A stretch of 63,145 nt of DNA, the filler included, from Rhabdomonas costata (Eukaryota): NCBI GenBank assembly GCA_019059605.1. It is 36 parts of 36 records of this genome, joined end to end, with 100 filler letters (N's around TTAATTAATTAA, not from the genome) between each part and the next. Parts side by side here need not be neighbours in the genome. Positions count along the whole stretch, not along the records: positions 36,901 to 38,557 come from JAHMHO010011183.1; positions 38,658 to 40,314 come from JAHMHO010011184.1; positions 40,415 to 42,071 come from JAHMHO010011185.1; positions 42,172 to 43,828 come from JAHMHO010011186.1; positions 43,929 to 45,585 come from JAHMHO010011187.1; positions 45,686 to 47,341 come from JAHMHO010011188.1; positions 47,442 to 49,097 come from JAHMHO010011189.1; positions 49,198 to 50,854 come from JAHMHO010011190.1; 28 more parts are not named here. One strand, 5' to 3'. The notes below the pieces were generated by a model. The model made no database searches. It saw nothing but the letters and a program-made list of their open reading frames with translations, and had not been told where the DNA came from. Of this stretch, positions 38,476 through 49,840 are shown one piece after another (within the stretch, counting starts at the first letter, position 1; each line of letters begins with the position of its first letter). A program made the position numbers and the translations under genes.

Positions 38476-38691
38476 CTATGGCAAAGCACACATAGGAACA
38501 AATCACTCCTCTACAGCCATACCACACAGCGTTCTTGACAAGATTTCACCAACCACCNNNNNNNNNNNNNNNNNNNNNNNNNNNNNNNNNNNNNNNNNNN
38601 NTTAATTAATTAANNNNNNNNNNNNNNNNNNNNNNNNNNNNNNNNNNNNNNNNNNNNTTTTTTGTTGAGTTGAGCTCATTTTCTGGCGGTC

Positions 38692-40314
38692 ATGAAAATG
38701 AGCTCAACTCAACTGAAAACAGTGCGAAGATGGGTCACGGAGTACGACGCAGATGTTAATGCTGAGACGCGCTTCACTCGCAGTCTGATGTGTCACTACA
38801 TTCCGAAGTTTGCCACGCCACTGTACGTCGCGGTGGAATTTGAAAATATCGATATGATCAAAACTTTGATCAGACTTAAGGCCAATCCCGATGCAGCCTG
38901 TGGTGAAGAACATAAGCTCACGCCATTGGAGCTTGCCCGCCAAATGGATGAGAAAAGTGGCGGCTTTATTGCAAACCATCTTGTCAATGACTCTGCCCTC
39001 GTCGAGTCGCCCTCTGTGGAGCGCAAGAAGCCGCAGCACCACGTTCTTTGGATCAGCCTTGTCAACACACCCGAAGGAACCATTCGCTCTTGTTCCGGGT
39101 TGAAAGGTAGCGGCCTTTTGGTCGACTATCGGCCCCTGAACGTTGTTGAGTTTTTTACCCCAGGCATCCTTGAGTGCGAATGGAAGTTGGAAGTGAGCAA
39201 GTGGCTGTATCCTTGTCTTGAGACAAGGGAACCCCACGAGCTTCCTTTGGAATGGGTTCAAGCTGTTGTTGTGGAGATCTCTCGAAAGGAAGACCTGCCT
39301 GTGTGGAAATATGTGTTGAACCTTCTTCGACAGTTCATCATTTCGTGTTTTGATGGGTTGCCTGAACGTTTCATCTACACGTGCACCACAGGAGTTACAT
39401 CTGAGGCGTTGCTACAATACATCATTGAGGATGAGAGCTTGAAGTTCATGACTAAAGCGACCGTTTTCAGTAGTTCAGACACCTCACCCGAACACTGCCC
39501 TCCTCTCAAAGCACTCCATCAGCGGTGCCGAAAGAGTTCCGTCGGCTATAACCAGGCTTTGCATATTCTGTGGGTTTCGTTTTCTCCTGCGGCACATTCT
39601 GGGACAGCGAAGGTTCGAGGCCATTTGGGGTCCTTTCGGTCTTTAGTGGTGCAGCCCTTGCTTCTTGATACCAATGGTACCGATCACTCTGATCACAAAA
39701 TGTTAGCTGACTTGGAAAGTGCAATTCAGCCGCTGCTTGGGAGCAATCTGATTTGGTTGCGGGCAATTGTCATTGACATCGGTGCAGACGAAGACGTTGC
39801 AAAGCAGACCGCAACTGCAACGTCGCAGCGGTGGCAACTGCTCATCCGACATTTGCTGGATATGCAAGAGATTTCTAAGTCAGCATGGATCAACATTGGC
39901 ACCTACGTCACTGGACTCACTAGGGACCTCATTCGCAGTTATCTATCGACTGACCCTGATAGCGAACGCCGTCTGTGCATCCTGGACGACAAGATTATGG
40001 AGGGCTCTGAGCCTTCTAATCATTTCCCGTTTTTCGCTCGGCTGTCTGCTCACTGGGTTGTTGAATGCGAGCACGAGGCGAGGGAAAGCGTCGCGTTTAA
40101 TGCCGAGATTTCGCACAGGATCGAGCAGGCGTACCTCAGTGGGGAGCCCAGCTGCACTGTCGACGATACCCGAACGATGTATTTCAAAGATCTTACTTTG
40201 CGACACCCCAGGGGTATGGACCTGACAGGGGATTTCAAATTTCGGCGCTGGTCAATTTTGCCCGGTCAGGTTAAATATGGGCCCCCCTCAGGTAAAATTC
40301 GCCCCCCCCCCAAC
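38692..40314 (+). CDS. Ankyrin repeats + two tandem copies of an unrecognised alpha/beta domain + WWE-like domain; intronless, ends probably truncated
   Basis: ADVNA, TPLYVAV..NIDMIKTLIRLKANPD and TPLELA (ankyrin); HWVVE..VAFNAEISHRIEQAYLSG..MYFKDLT (WWE-like); internal duplication of aa ~116-276 and ~290-452. Confidence 0.82.
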
Positions 40315-40431
40315 NNNNNNNNNNNNNNNNNNNNNNNNNNNNNNNNNNNNNNNNNNNNTTAATTAATTAANNNNNNNNNNNNNNNNNNNNNNNNNNNNNN
40401 NNNNNNNNNNNNNNTGGTGGTGACGTTCTTT

Positions 40432-41294
40432 GTGCAGCCCCGGGTCTGCACAAAGAACGTCACCAGCGCCATCACCTCATCATCGCAGGACGCCCTCAGG
40501 TGGATGGCGGACCTGAAGAAAAACAGGAGAGAAACGGGAGAACGTTACCCAGTGATCATCTTGGAAAAATCAAAAAACTTTTGAAAGAAAGGGGTTGGGT
40601 TGAAAGCGGGGCGAAGGACTCTCCGTCGCGCGTCTCAGCAGTCACGGGGTTTATTGTCTCCCCTGAGAAAGGGCTTTCAGCATAAACAACATAGTGCTTT
40701 TCGCTCAAGGAAAGACTGAATGCAGGAAAAGATGCAATCTTCAGCTCGTCCATATCAGAAACACATTTATCGTTTGTGCTGCGAAAGGCACGCAGCATAA
40801 ACTAAAGTTGACAGTGGCGTAATTTTGCTCCAGAAACACATTTCAAAAGTGACACACCTCACAAATGGACTGCGCAGCGCCATGCTCCCAGACATCGGTC
40901 CAATAAACGGAACTCCATTGGAAACAGAATCATTGAAGAGTGAGAGAGCTTCGGCAGCTGTCGACGTCCCAAATACGGCAAAAACTTTTTCTGTAGTCAT
41001 CAGCTCCTCTCCCAGAGTTCCAGCAGTTGAGCTGTTCGACTGGTCATCCCGAACGAGCAAGCTTAGCATGTGCCCTCCAATGCCGCCCTGCGCATTCCGC
41101 TCCGCAATCGCCGCCATAAGCCCCGCCTGATACCGCTGCCCGGTAAAGTTGTCAGGCCCCGAAAGGGAAATCACCATGCCAAAGATCAGCGGCGGACGAA
41201 GTTCGCTGACATCACTGAAACAATTCGGCGAGAACTCAAAGCTGTAGTCCGGAACAAGCGAGTATCCCGTGGTACTCAGCGAGGTCATCCACAC
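40432..41294 (-). CDS. Receptor with type 1 periplasmic-binding (Venus flytrap) domain; exons 41294-40858 and 40512-<40432
   Basis: FGMVISLSGP..GQRYQAGLMAAIAERNAQGGIGG..LLVRDD..EKVFAVFG..GVPFIGPMSGSMALRSPFVR|SAIHLRASCDDE; the GT-AG intron shows it is eukaryotic. Confidence 0.85.
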
Positions 41295-42171
41295 CTGCTT
41301 CTTATTTGCTACCGGTTTGGGCGAACCGGAAGATACCGCGGTTGAGGGCAGTGCGTTGTCGAAAGGTGAGCGTTAGATAGCAAGTGCTGCCGATTCGAGT
41401 GAAGTGACGAAGCGTAGCGAGTAGCTGGGGCCCCCCTCATCTGGGTGGCATTTTGGCCGTAGTTTGTCGAGGGGTTGTAGCCAGGATGGTGCGATACATG
41501 CTGTGGGAGGGTGCTGACATCTACGGCGGTAAACAGGCATTAAGACGATTATAGGTACAATACCCAGCGGTGGAATTGAGGATACATGCCAAGGGTGGTG
41601 TCATTTGCAGCGGTAGAATTGATGAATTATCACCTGGTCTCAACATCTGCTGGTTACACGTACAAACACGAAGAAACACCCCTTTTTAGAGTGGTGGTTA
41701 CTCTGGAGTTTCCACTCAAACGCGCGCGCAAGCGAAAACAAGAGAGCAAATGGGGACGTCGTCAGTCCCTGATTGTGACCTGGCCATGTGAATTTATATG
41801 TGAGTATTTGGGGTTTGCGTTTTTTGTTTTCCGGTTCTGAGTTGGGGTCTCTCTCTTGTGGGTATTGGCTTCTTGGGTTCGGGTTTCGCACTCGGTATTT
41901 CTGGATTCGGTATTCGGTTTACAGCGGTTGGTTCAGGTTTTCGGGTGTTTGTGTGTCGGCCTCGGCGGCCTCCGTTTTGGGTTTCTGTCTCGGGTTTGGG
42001 TCTAGGGGTCTGTGTCAGCATTTGTGTTACATGTATACATGTAACACAAATGCTGACACAGACACCCACACNNNNNNNNNNNNNNNNNNNNNNNNNNNNN
42101 NNNNNNNNNNNNNNNTTAATTAATTAANNNNNNNNNNNNNNNNNNNNNNNNNNNNNNNNNNNNNNNNNNNN

Positions 42172-42367
42172 AACCAACCGGCCGAGAGTTTTGTCGCGAA
42201 AGGGTGCCCGCGCTCGAGCTTGTTCGGCACCAGTCCCCAACAATCGCCGCAGGGGGATTTCCCGGAGCACCTGGACTAGATAAGGGTTCAGGGACGGGGA
42301 CAAGATTTTCTGGGCTGGCATCCTTCGAGTCAGCCAATGTAGAGTTGCAGCTGCATGACGCTCCCAT
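42172..42367 (-). CDS. N-terminus of a putative dually acylated protein (MGASCSC)
   Basis: Gly2, Ser6 and Cys5/Cys7; frame open to the contig end. Confidence 0.5.
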
Positions 42368-45169
42368 TGATGAGTGTGTGTGTGACTTCGGTTGATGGGT
42401 ATCACTCAAAAACTCATGAGAACATACACAATCGAACAAAAAAGCAATGGATACATACAAAAGGTCTTCGAAAGAGTGGCCCATGCCAAAGCGAAAGCCT
42501 GCCCGTCATCAAACCGTATGAATGCAGAATGCGTTTACAATGTATTTCCCCGAACCAACACGATTATGAAGCGGTTTAGAACAACTGCGCATAGGAAAGC
42601 GTTCTATAGGAATATTTAAAAACTGCGACGGTGGGCCCGAGGTGCACCCACTGGGCTCGCTGGGCATCTGGTGCGAAAGGCAAAGCAGCGCAACTGCGCG
42701 TCAGAAAAAGGCGATGTACTTCATCAGCAGAAGATAACGGCAGAAGAGCACTTCTTCAATTTGACATCCTCCATCCAGACCAGCCAAATGACATTACGCA
42801 GCATTTGCACGTAGTACTAACACGCGATTACCCCACAGAGTGGAGAGACCAACAACAGTACATGCAGAACGCACGCAGAACAGGAGAAAAGGACAGGAAA
42901 GGGCATGGGTGCCACTGATCATCAGCGTCAACCAACGCGAGCAGCCCGACGCTTCGAACAGGCAATGAATCGAGAATGGCATTCACAAGCATAAGGGGTA
43001 GCAGCTGCAGCTGTGCAGAGGCTCCCTTCAACCGGAACAGCAGCTCCTGCTCTCCAAAGACCACGCTCATGACTTCCGCGCGCCAGTCCTTGGTGCCCAA
43101 AGAACATTGTCGGGGTGAATGTTAGGGTTGATGGCAGGGTTCTGCAGCTCAGAGATGGTTGAGCAGCACGCCGCGGCAGGATCTCCCGAGCCGTTCAGAC
43201 AGTTAATCCAGTACTCCTGGGATCACAGGACGAGAAGAAACGCAGCGAGAAACCACGATCGCACTCCAAGAAGGAATAAAACCAAAATCAATTGTCCCTC
43301 TTCGAATCAGTGCGAGAGCGTTCATTCGGTCCACTCAGAAAGGCAAAATAACCCTGGCATCGGCCTCCGCTTAAAAACTAAGACAAACACAGGTGTTCAA
43401 AAATTCTAGCCACTGCCAACAACCGTAAAGTTGAATGCCAGAGAGAAAGAATGGAAAAACGGGCAAAACGGCAGACTCCACAAACGTTTCCAGGGTATGC
43501 GTTGCTGTCCCAAGCGTACCTGCGAAAAAATGCATTGCAATGGCCGGATGCAGATCATGTATCCGGTCAGAGAGTTTCCACACATAACCAACCAAACTCT
43601 CACGGCATAACGGAACAAACGACCAACTGTGGTCAAACGTGTATTTCAAAAACCATCGCCGTTTTCATGCAACTTGACTATGAAACAAAAAACCACGGGC
43701 TTTTTATTGGAAGGAAAGAGAAAAGTGAGCCTGCAGACTGAGCTCCCATGCGAGCAACACCGAAACGACATGACTTGCAGTACTATAACCTTCAGCTCTC
43801 TCCCCCACACCGAGAGTCACCAAAACCCNNNNNNNNNNNNNNNNNNNNNNNNNNNNNNNNNNNNNNNNNNNNTTAATTAATTAANNNNNNNNNNNNNNNN
43901 NNNNNNNNNNNNNNNNNNNNNNNNNNNNTGTGGGGTGGAACTTTGATCCCCAAGACCGCGGCCCGAAGGAGCTGCCAGTGGTACATTTCAATCGAATCGA
44001 TTCAATCGAAATGGGTAGGCTTATTCACAAATTCACGAAGAGCTGATTATTCCATGACATTCTGCGCATAGGAGCCACACTTACAAGGAGAGGGGGGCAG
44101 CCAAAGCGCAACGGTGCACACACACACGCACACACAGTTGCAAAAAGGATGAAAAACGAGTACACGCTTAGCTTCCCTCTTGGGTGGGATGCCAAGGGCG
44201 CAATTGAGAATGTTTGAACAAGAATGAGGCAGCAATGAAAGAAGAGAGATAGGAACCTGGAATAAATGAATAAGGGACGACGGTTGATTCCGAAAGAAAT
44301 GCGCAAGACGGCAAGGTGCAGAGCGGTAACCTGCGGTACCAGCTTATCCATCACCAACCTCCTGAATACTTCCGCACTTCTAAAACCTGTTGGAACTTAA
44401 CCCAATTTCGCGTAGTTACACCAAACGGTGCAGCGAAAAGTCAAACGCTCAGAAAAACCACCACTAATCAACCAAGCCGGCAATAACCACGCAAGCGCAA
44501 GAGAATTCTTTGTCAGAAAACATATCACACATCTTGACTGGCCACGACGGCAGACAACCCGAAATCTTTTTAAATGACATGATCGTTCATAAAAATATCA
44601 GGGACGGTCGTCTCAATATAATGTACAGGATGCACATTGCAGCACCAACCACTAGCAAGGCACGGGTTCCAAATATCAGCGGCAACACTTCCGAATAGCT
44701 CTAAAAATTTACGTCTCAAAGTGACCATTGTGCAAAAAAAAGGTGCGAAAGTTCAGAAGGTCAATGAAATTGAAAATAGACTGCATACTATAACCTCTCT
44801 CGCGCGCGCGATCCGATCCAGATCCCAACGTTAACACCGGATTGCACACAGTATCTTGGAATCGAATTTCCGGAAGTGAATTCCATCGGAAAATCGTTGA
44901 GAGTGTCTCTCAATTCTAACCTATATGATTCTATGATCTGAAAAACCGTGCCCACTGAAAACGAAAGCGTAGTTCTCCATCTTGAGCTTTCGTGTCCCAA
45001 AGTTACGGTGAGCACTCAAAGCTAAAAGAAATGAACTCGAAACAGTAGCGCAACCTCTTGCGTACTAGGTTTCGAGCACGATGCAAAACCCAATTCAAAA
45101 AGACAAAAAGCTTTGAAAAAAAGCTCCGTGTTCATGGATTCCCCAGGTGGGGGAAGCACAGATCCACTC

Positions 45170-45572
45170 TCAATCAAGTTCTTGCACTCCTCCGCCCGAA
45201 ATGGTGAGCACTTGCCCACTGATCCAACTCGCCGCGGGAGAGCAGAGGAACAGCGCCGCGTTGGCCATATCCTGGGGCTCCCCCAAGCGCTTGATCGGAG
45301 TCCGCTGCAACATCCTTTGCTCAATCTCCGGGCTCAGTACAGTCGACAGAGCAGAAGTTCGGGTTGCCCCTGGGGCGATGGCATTCACTCGGATTCCTTT
45401 GGGCCCCAAGTCGTAGGCCATGTTCCGGGTGAGGTGGCTTTCCGCGGCCTTTGAAGACCCGTACGCTGTCATGTGGACATTACGGTTCTCGCCCGCCATG
45501 GAGCTGACGTTTAGAATGGCGCCGTGGCCGGCCTTCTCCATGTGTGGGACCGCAAGCTGGGACAGCCGAAAA
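45170..45572 (-). CDS. hdhA: 7-alpha-hydroxysteroid dehydrogenase (SDR), C-terminal half
   Basis: SSMAGENRN..AYGSSKAA, RVNAIAPGA and the characteristic C-terminus ANAALFLCSPAASWISGQVLTISGGGVQELD, as in proteobacterial HdhA. Confidence 0.88.
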
Positions 45573-45687
45573 ACCCACAAAACACNNNNNNNNNNNNNNN
45601 NNNNNNNNNNNNNNNNNNNNNNNNNNNNNTTAATTAATTAANNNNNNNNNNNNNNNNNNNNNNNNNNNNNNNNNNNNNNNNNNNNGG

Positions 45688-45845
45688 GTGTGTGTGTGTA
45701 AGTGTCTGGTCACGTTGTACCACTGCATTCGATTGTATTGCCGGATTTTTCCCCAGCGGGAACAGGAGCAGTCACTCGCTGGGGAAAATTCCGGCAATAC
45801 AATCGAATGCAGTGGTACAACGTGACCAGACACTTACACACACAC
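45688..45845. repeat. Contig-terminal inverted repeat (about 70-nt arms), probably a fold-back
   Basis: Perfect outer arms, mismatched inner seed, starts at the contig edge. Confidence 0.85.
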
Positions 45846-48800
45846 CGCCCTCACGAGGAAACACACACTCTCGAAAAAACAGGATGTAATGATCTATAAA
45901 AGGCGCCGACTCCGGGCTTCGTCTGGCTGTGAGGAATCTTAGTGAAGCTCGGTGGCACCACGAGGGGGTCCCGCGCGGCCCCGGAGGTTAATCCCCAGCC
46001 CTTGCACTGGGCCCAGGGGTTCACCTCCGGAGCAGCTTGAGGATATCGAGGGGGGCACTCGCACCAGCTGAAAAAGGATCAAAACAAATGCAAGTTACAC
46101 TCGCAACGCTGACAATTCACGTATTGCCGTTGACCACGGATACTCCTCCAACCTCTCCATACCCGTTGTGGCTCTCGTCCTTCTTTACGAATTCTTACAT
46201 CTGCCATTGTGACTTACTCTGGAACCTGTCGCGTGGGTCCCTGGCTCGCGCGTGTCCGGTGGGGTTGTTGTTGGGTGGGCAGGATCACTCAGACTTGAAG
46301 GGCAAATCCCGAGCGGAGCCATACGCACCGCAAACTGAGAGGCGGAGGTGGAGGCAGCGGAGCCGAAGTTGGTGAGAGCCCCGAGGTGCAAACTTTCGGC
46401 TTTTTCCAGCCCCCCTGGGTTCCAACTTGCCCCAAGATCAATGGCTACCGTTCGCACGCCTGCCCCACCTCAACTGGGGCAAAGAAGACCCTAAATCAGC
46501 AGGAGACCTGCGCAAAACCTTTCTCGCCCTTCCGAGCTCACTTGTTCCTGCTCCTTTCTGTCGAAACTGACATGCTCTCGCGCTGTCTTCTCGCACACCT
46601 TTCCCGTCGCGTGTGTTACCTTCGGGTTTCTTCTTCTGTTTCCCGTGGTCGTGTTTTCTGTGCTGTTATAACTTGTGCTGCTGCGGGGAGAAAACTGATG
46701 TTTTCGACCCTTTCCGCGGCACATTGCTTATTTAAAACTTTTTATGTGTGCCAGCCCCCCACCACTCAATGAATGGCCGTTCGGGAGCCTCCGCGACCCC
46801 CACCGGCGCGCTGCCCCCAGTTGCGGGAGGAGACCTGTAAACCTGGACGACCTTCCCTCCTGAGGCACTTGCTTGTCCGTGCTCACGCGCCGTTTCCTCT
46901 CTCTTGCGGTGCTGGAGGTCAAGCCCTCCCACCCGCCACACAGACATGCCCACGCGCTGTCTTCTCACACTCCCTACCCACCTCACGTCCCCGACCATCT
47001 CTGTTACCTTCTGTTTTCCCGCGGACGAGCTTTCTGGCTGTTTTGCGGGGAGAAAACAAAAGTTTCCAAAACTGCTATTTTCAAACACTTTCGGCAGCAC
47101 ACTGTTATTTAAACCATTTGTTGGGAGCCCGCCTGCCCGCACGCCGCCCCTACCCAGTGTCTGCGACGTGCTAAAACCTTGGTCACTTTCAACACTGCCT
47201 TGACGCCTTCAGTTTTCCTGTGAATGTGGACCCCCTTCTGTTTCCCGTGGACGCGTTTTCTGTACTGTTTAAATTGTACTGCAGCGGGGAGGAAACAAAA
47301 GGGGGTCCACATTCACAAAAAAACCAAACTCTCCCAACACANNNNNNNNNNNNNNNNNNNNNNNNNNNNNNNNNNNNNNNNNNNNTTAATTAATTAANNN
47401 NNNNNNNNNNNNNNNNNNNNNNNNNNNNNNNNNNNNNNNNNTGTTTTGGTGAAACTCCTGAGATGAGTTGACTGGCCGCTTCCCTGCCTCGGACTCCCGC
47501 TCAACGCCAAGGTCCCATTTTGGCCCTTTTAGGGGTATTTTTGACTTTTTCGACCTTTTGAGCCTGCATATTGAGCCTATAGCCCTATAGGCCGGCTGGA
47601 ACACAGCATACCAAAGTACCTCTATGCCAGGAACCCCTCAAGGCCCCATGGGGTGGGCACGGTTGGGAACCCCCTCCTCTCCACACACACGTGGGGATGG
47701 GCTGTACCATGGTGCGGTTGTGGGGCTGTGGAACATAGACCGGGCACCAGAAGGGCCCCTTTGCATTGGGCCTGTGAAAGCCCTGTGCTATATAGGCCCG
47801 TGACTTTGTGCGGTATAGAGCCTTCCCTTCAAGGGTGAATCGGTGGACTTTACGTACTTTACTTAGAGTTATGCGGGGGGTATGGCGAAGTCTGGACTTG
47901 TCTGGTGGGGTGTCCCTTCGAGGCTGGATTCCCCTAGTGTCCCGGTTGGGAAGCCCATAGACGTCCTAGTTGTGCCCTTTTTTTTGCCTTTACCCAGGCT
48001 TGGAAGGACCTTTTGTCTTTGCAGTGGCTTTACATCGGGCTTGGGCTTGATATGAACTGTAGGCTGACACACCGTTCGCCCACCTGCACCAGCCAGCCAG
48101 CAACGATTTATGTCTAATATTCTTTTTGGTTTTGTGGATTCTTGAAACTGATGGGGTTAGGCAGACAAATCAGACAGAATTATTTCAGGGCCCCCCCCTT
48201 CCCAGCGGCCGAAGCTACATGTCATCCCCCCCCCCGAGGCACAAGGTTAAAGAGATCCCAGCTTCAAAGAGACGGGACTTGGGGTAAAGCTGATGCGTAG
48301 ATAGCCCACACTTGCCTCTCGGCCAGCAAGAATCCGAAACGGCCTTATGCCAACAACCAGGAACCACAAGAAGATCCATCCCAGAAGACCAGAAAAAGGA
48401 AGAAATCGGCATCCATTCGAAGCAAGAGGAGCCTTGGGGTTAGCACAGCAAAAGTCTCGATATACTTGAAAAAGAATCTGAGGGGAAACCCTTCAATGGA
48501 ACCGCTTTCAACCCTTCATCGCAAACACACGCATACGCACGCACACACACAAAAAGAAAACATTAGCACTTTCCGGATCTCTGCCTCTGGAAGTACATCT
48601 CGCCTAGCTCAGGATGAGTGGGAAGTAGAGCGAGAAGGCACACTGCGCCGATCTGATATGAGCTTGCACGGTGCAATTTCAAAGGCGTTCGTGCGGAAAT
48701 GAGGTTGGAAGGCGAGCGGTTTGCCGAAGGCACCTCTCTGCCGACACAAACCGCTTGCGCGGCACGATAGGCAACCAGAAGGCTGCGATGGGAAGTCATA

Positions 48801-49210
48801 TGCTACAAATTGAACACTGTAAGATGATGAGGCCTTGTGCTGGTTAAGGGGTTACACCTCTCCCGATACTTCTTCAGTCACAGTCCTATCATCCGATCCA
48901 AAGATCCCGGGTAACTTCCTGCATACAAAAATCTTTTGAAGAGTGCTGCGGTGTTACCATCCCCCGCTGCGTCACTAAAATTGCAAAAATAACCGATTAT
49001 CCACCGGATCACGTGCATGTCGTTGCCTTTTCGCTCATCATCGGCTGGCATTCGCACAGGTATCCGCACTCGCACACAACCCACACACACCCACCACNNN
49101 NNNNNNNNNNNNNNNNNNNNNNNNNNNNNNNNNNNNNNNNNTTAATTAATTAANNNNNNNNNNNNNNNNNNNNNNNNNNNNNNNNNNNNNNNNNNNNTGT
49201 TGGTGGTTGA

Positions 49211-49585
49211 CAAATAGCCGAAGAAGGTATTAATAAAACTAGCGAAGAACAATTAGTAGCTTTTAAAGAATTACTAAATTCTATATTCCCTTGGTTAGAT
49301 TTTAATAATAACGAATGTCGTTGGGGTACTTTTAAGATCAATCGTGCCGAACATTTCCAACCAAATGGCAAAAAACCAAACAATGCTACTTGGTTTACAG
49401 TAAACAATGCTATCTTTGCTTGGCCAACCAAATTAATTTTAGCTCCAGCTATGGCTTATGATATTTTAGGATATTTACAAAAACATGTACTATCTGGCAT
49501 TTATAGCGAGAATTATACTAGTTTAGATCTTATTGCTAAATTGCCTAAACCACTAATTGCAAAACCATGGTGGGCTAGTTTATGA
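49211..49585 (+). CDS. Bacterial FAD-dependent oxidoreductase, C-terminal part (not in the ORF track)
   Basis: QIAEEG..FPWLDF..WGTFKINRAE..AWPTKLILAP..LPKPLIAKPWW*, resembling a gammaproteobacterial DAO-like family; its TGA overlaps the next ATG (ATGA). Confidence 0.8.
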   Translation, partial: QIAEEGINKTSEEQLVAFKELLNSIFPWLDFNNNECRWGTFKINRAEHFQPNGKKPNNATWFTVNNAIFAWPTKLILAPAMAYDILGYLQKHVLSGIYSENYTSLDLIAKLPKPLIAKPWWASL

Positions 49586-49840
49586 AGAAAAAAACAGTAA
49601 AATCCATTAATAAATATACATATGAGCCAATAGGTAAGGTAAAAATAGTAAAAGATTTTTTACCAAAACCTAAAGATCTTATATTAAAAAACGAGGTTGC
49701 TAAAATAACTTTATTCTTAAATAAAAGCAGCGTAGATTTTTTTAAAAAAAAAAGAAGCAAAAAAAAGCCATACCAAATATCAGCAAATGATAAGAACTCT
49801 TGTTGAACAATATGTTAATTATTATGCAAAACATGGTTAA
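49582..49840 (+). CDS. CopG/BrnA-like ribbon-helix-helix antitoxin with a +1 frameshift in an A10 run (49744-49753)
   Basis: KYTYEPIGKVKIVKDFLPKP..KITLFLNKSSVDFFKK, continuing in the shifted frame as EAKKSHTKYQQMIRTLVEQY..*. Confidence 0.8.

Noticed and set aside
42007..42067. Near-perfect palindrome
   Set aside because: Contig-terminal, centred on the natural palindrome ACATGTATACATGT; probably a self-priming artefact
45980..46030. GC-rich stem-loop as a possible ncRNA
   Set aside because: No tRNA, snRNA or spliced-leader motif; no RNA gene could be supported anywhere in the window
49205..49213. In-frame TGA suggesting stop-codon reassignment
   Set aside because: It lies in the primer-derived G/T tract; the same gene uses TGG for Trp and ends with TGA
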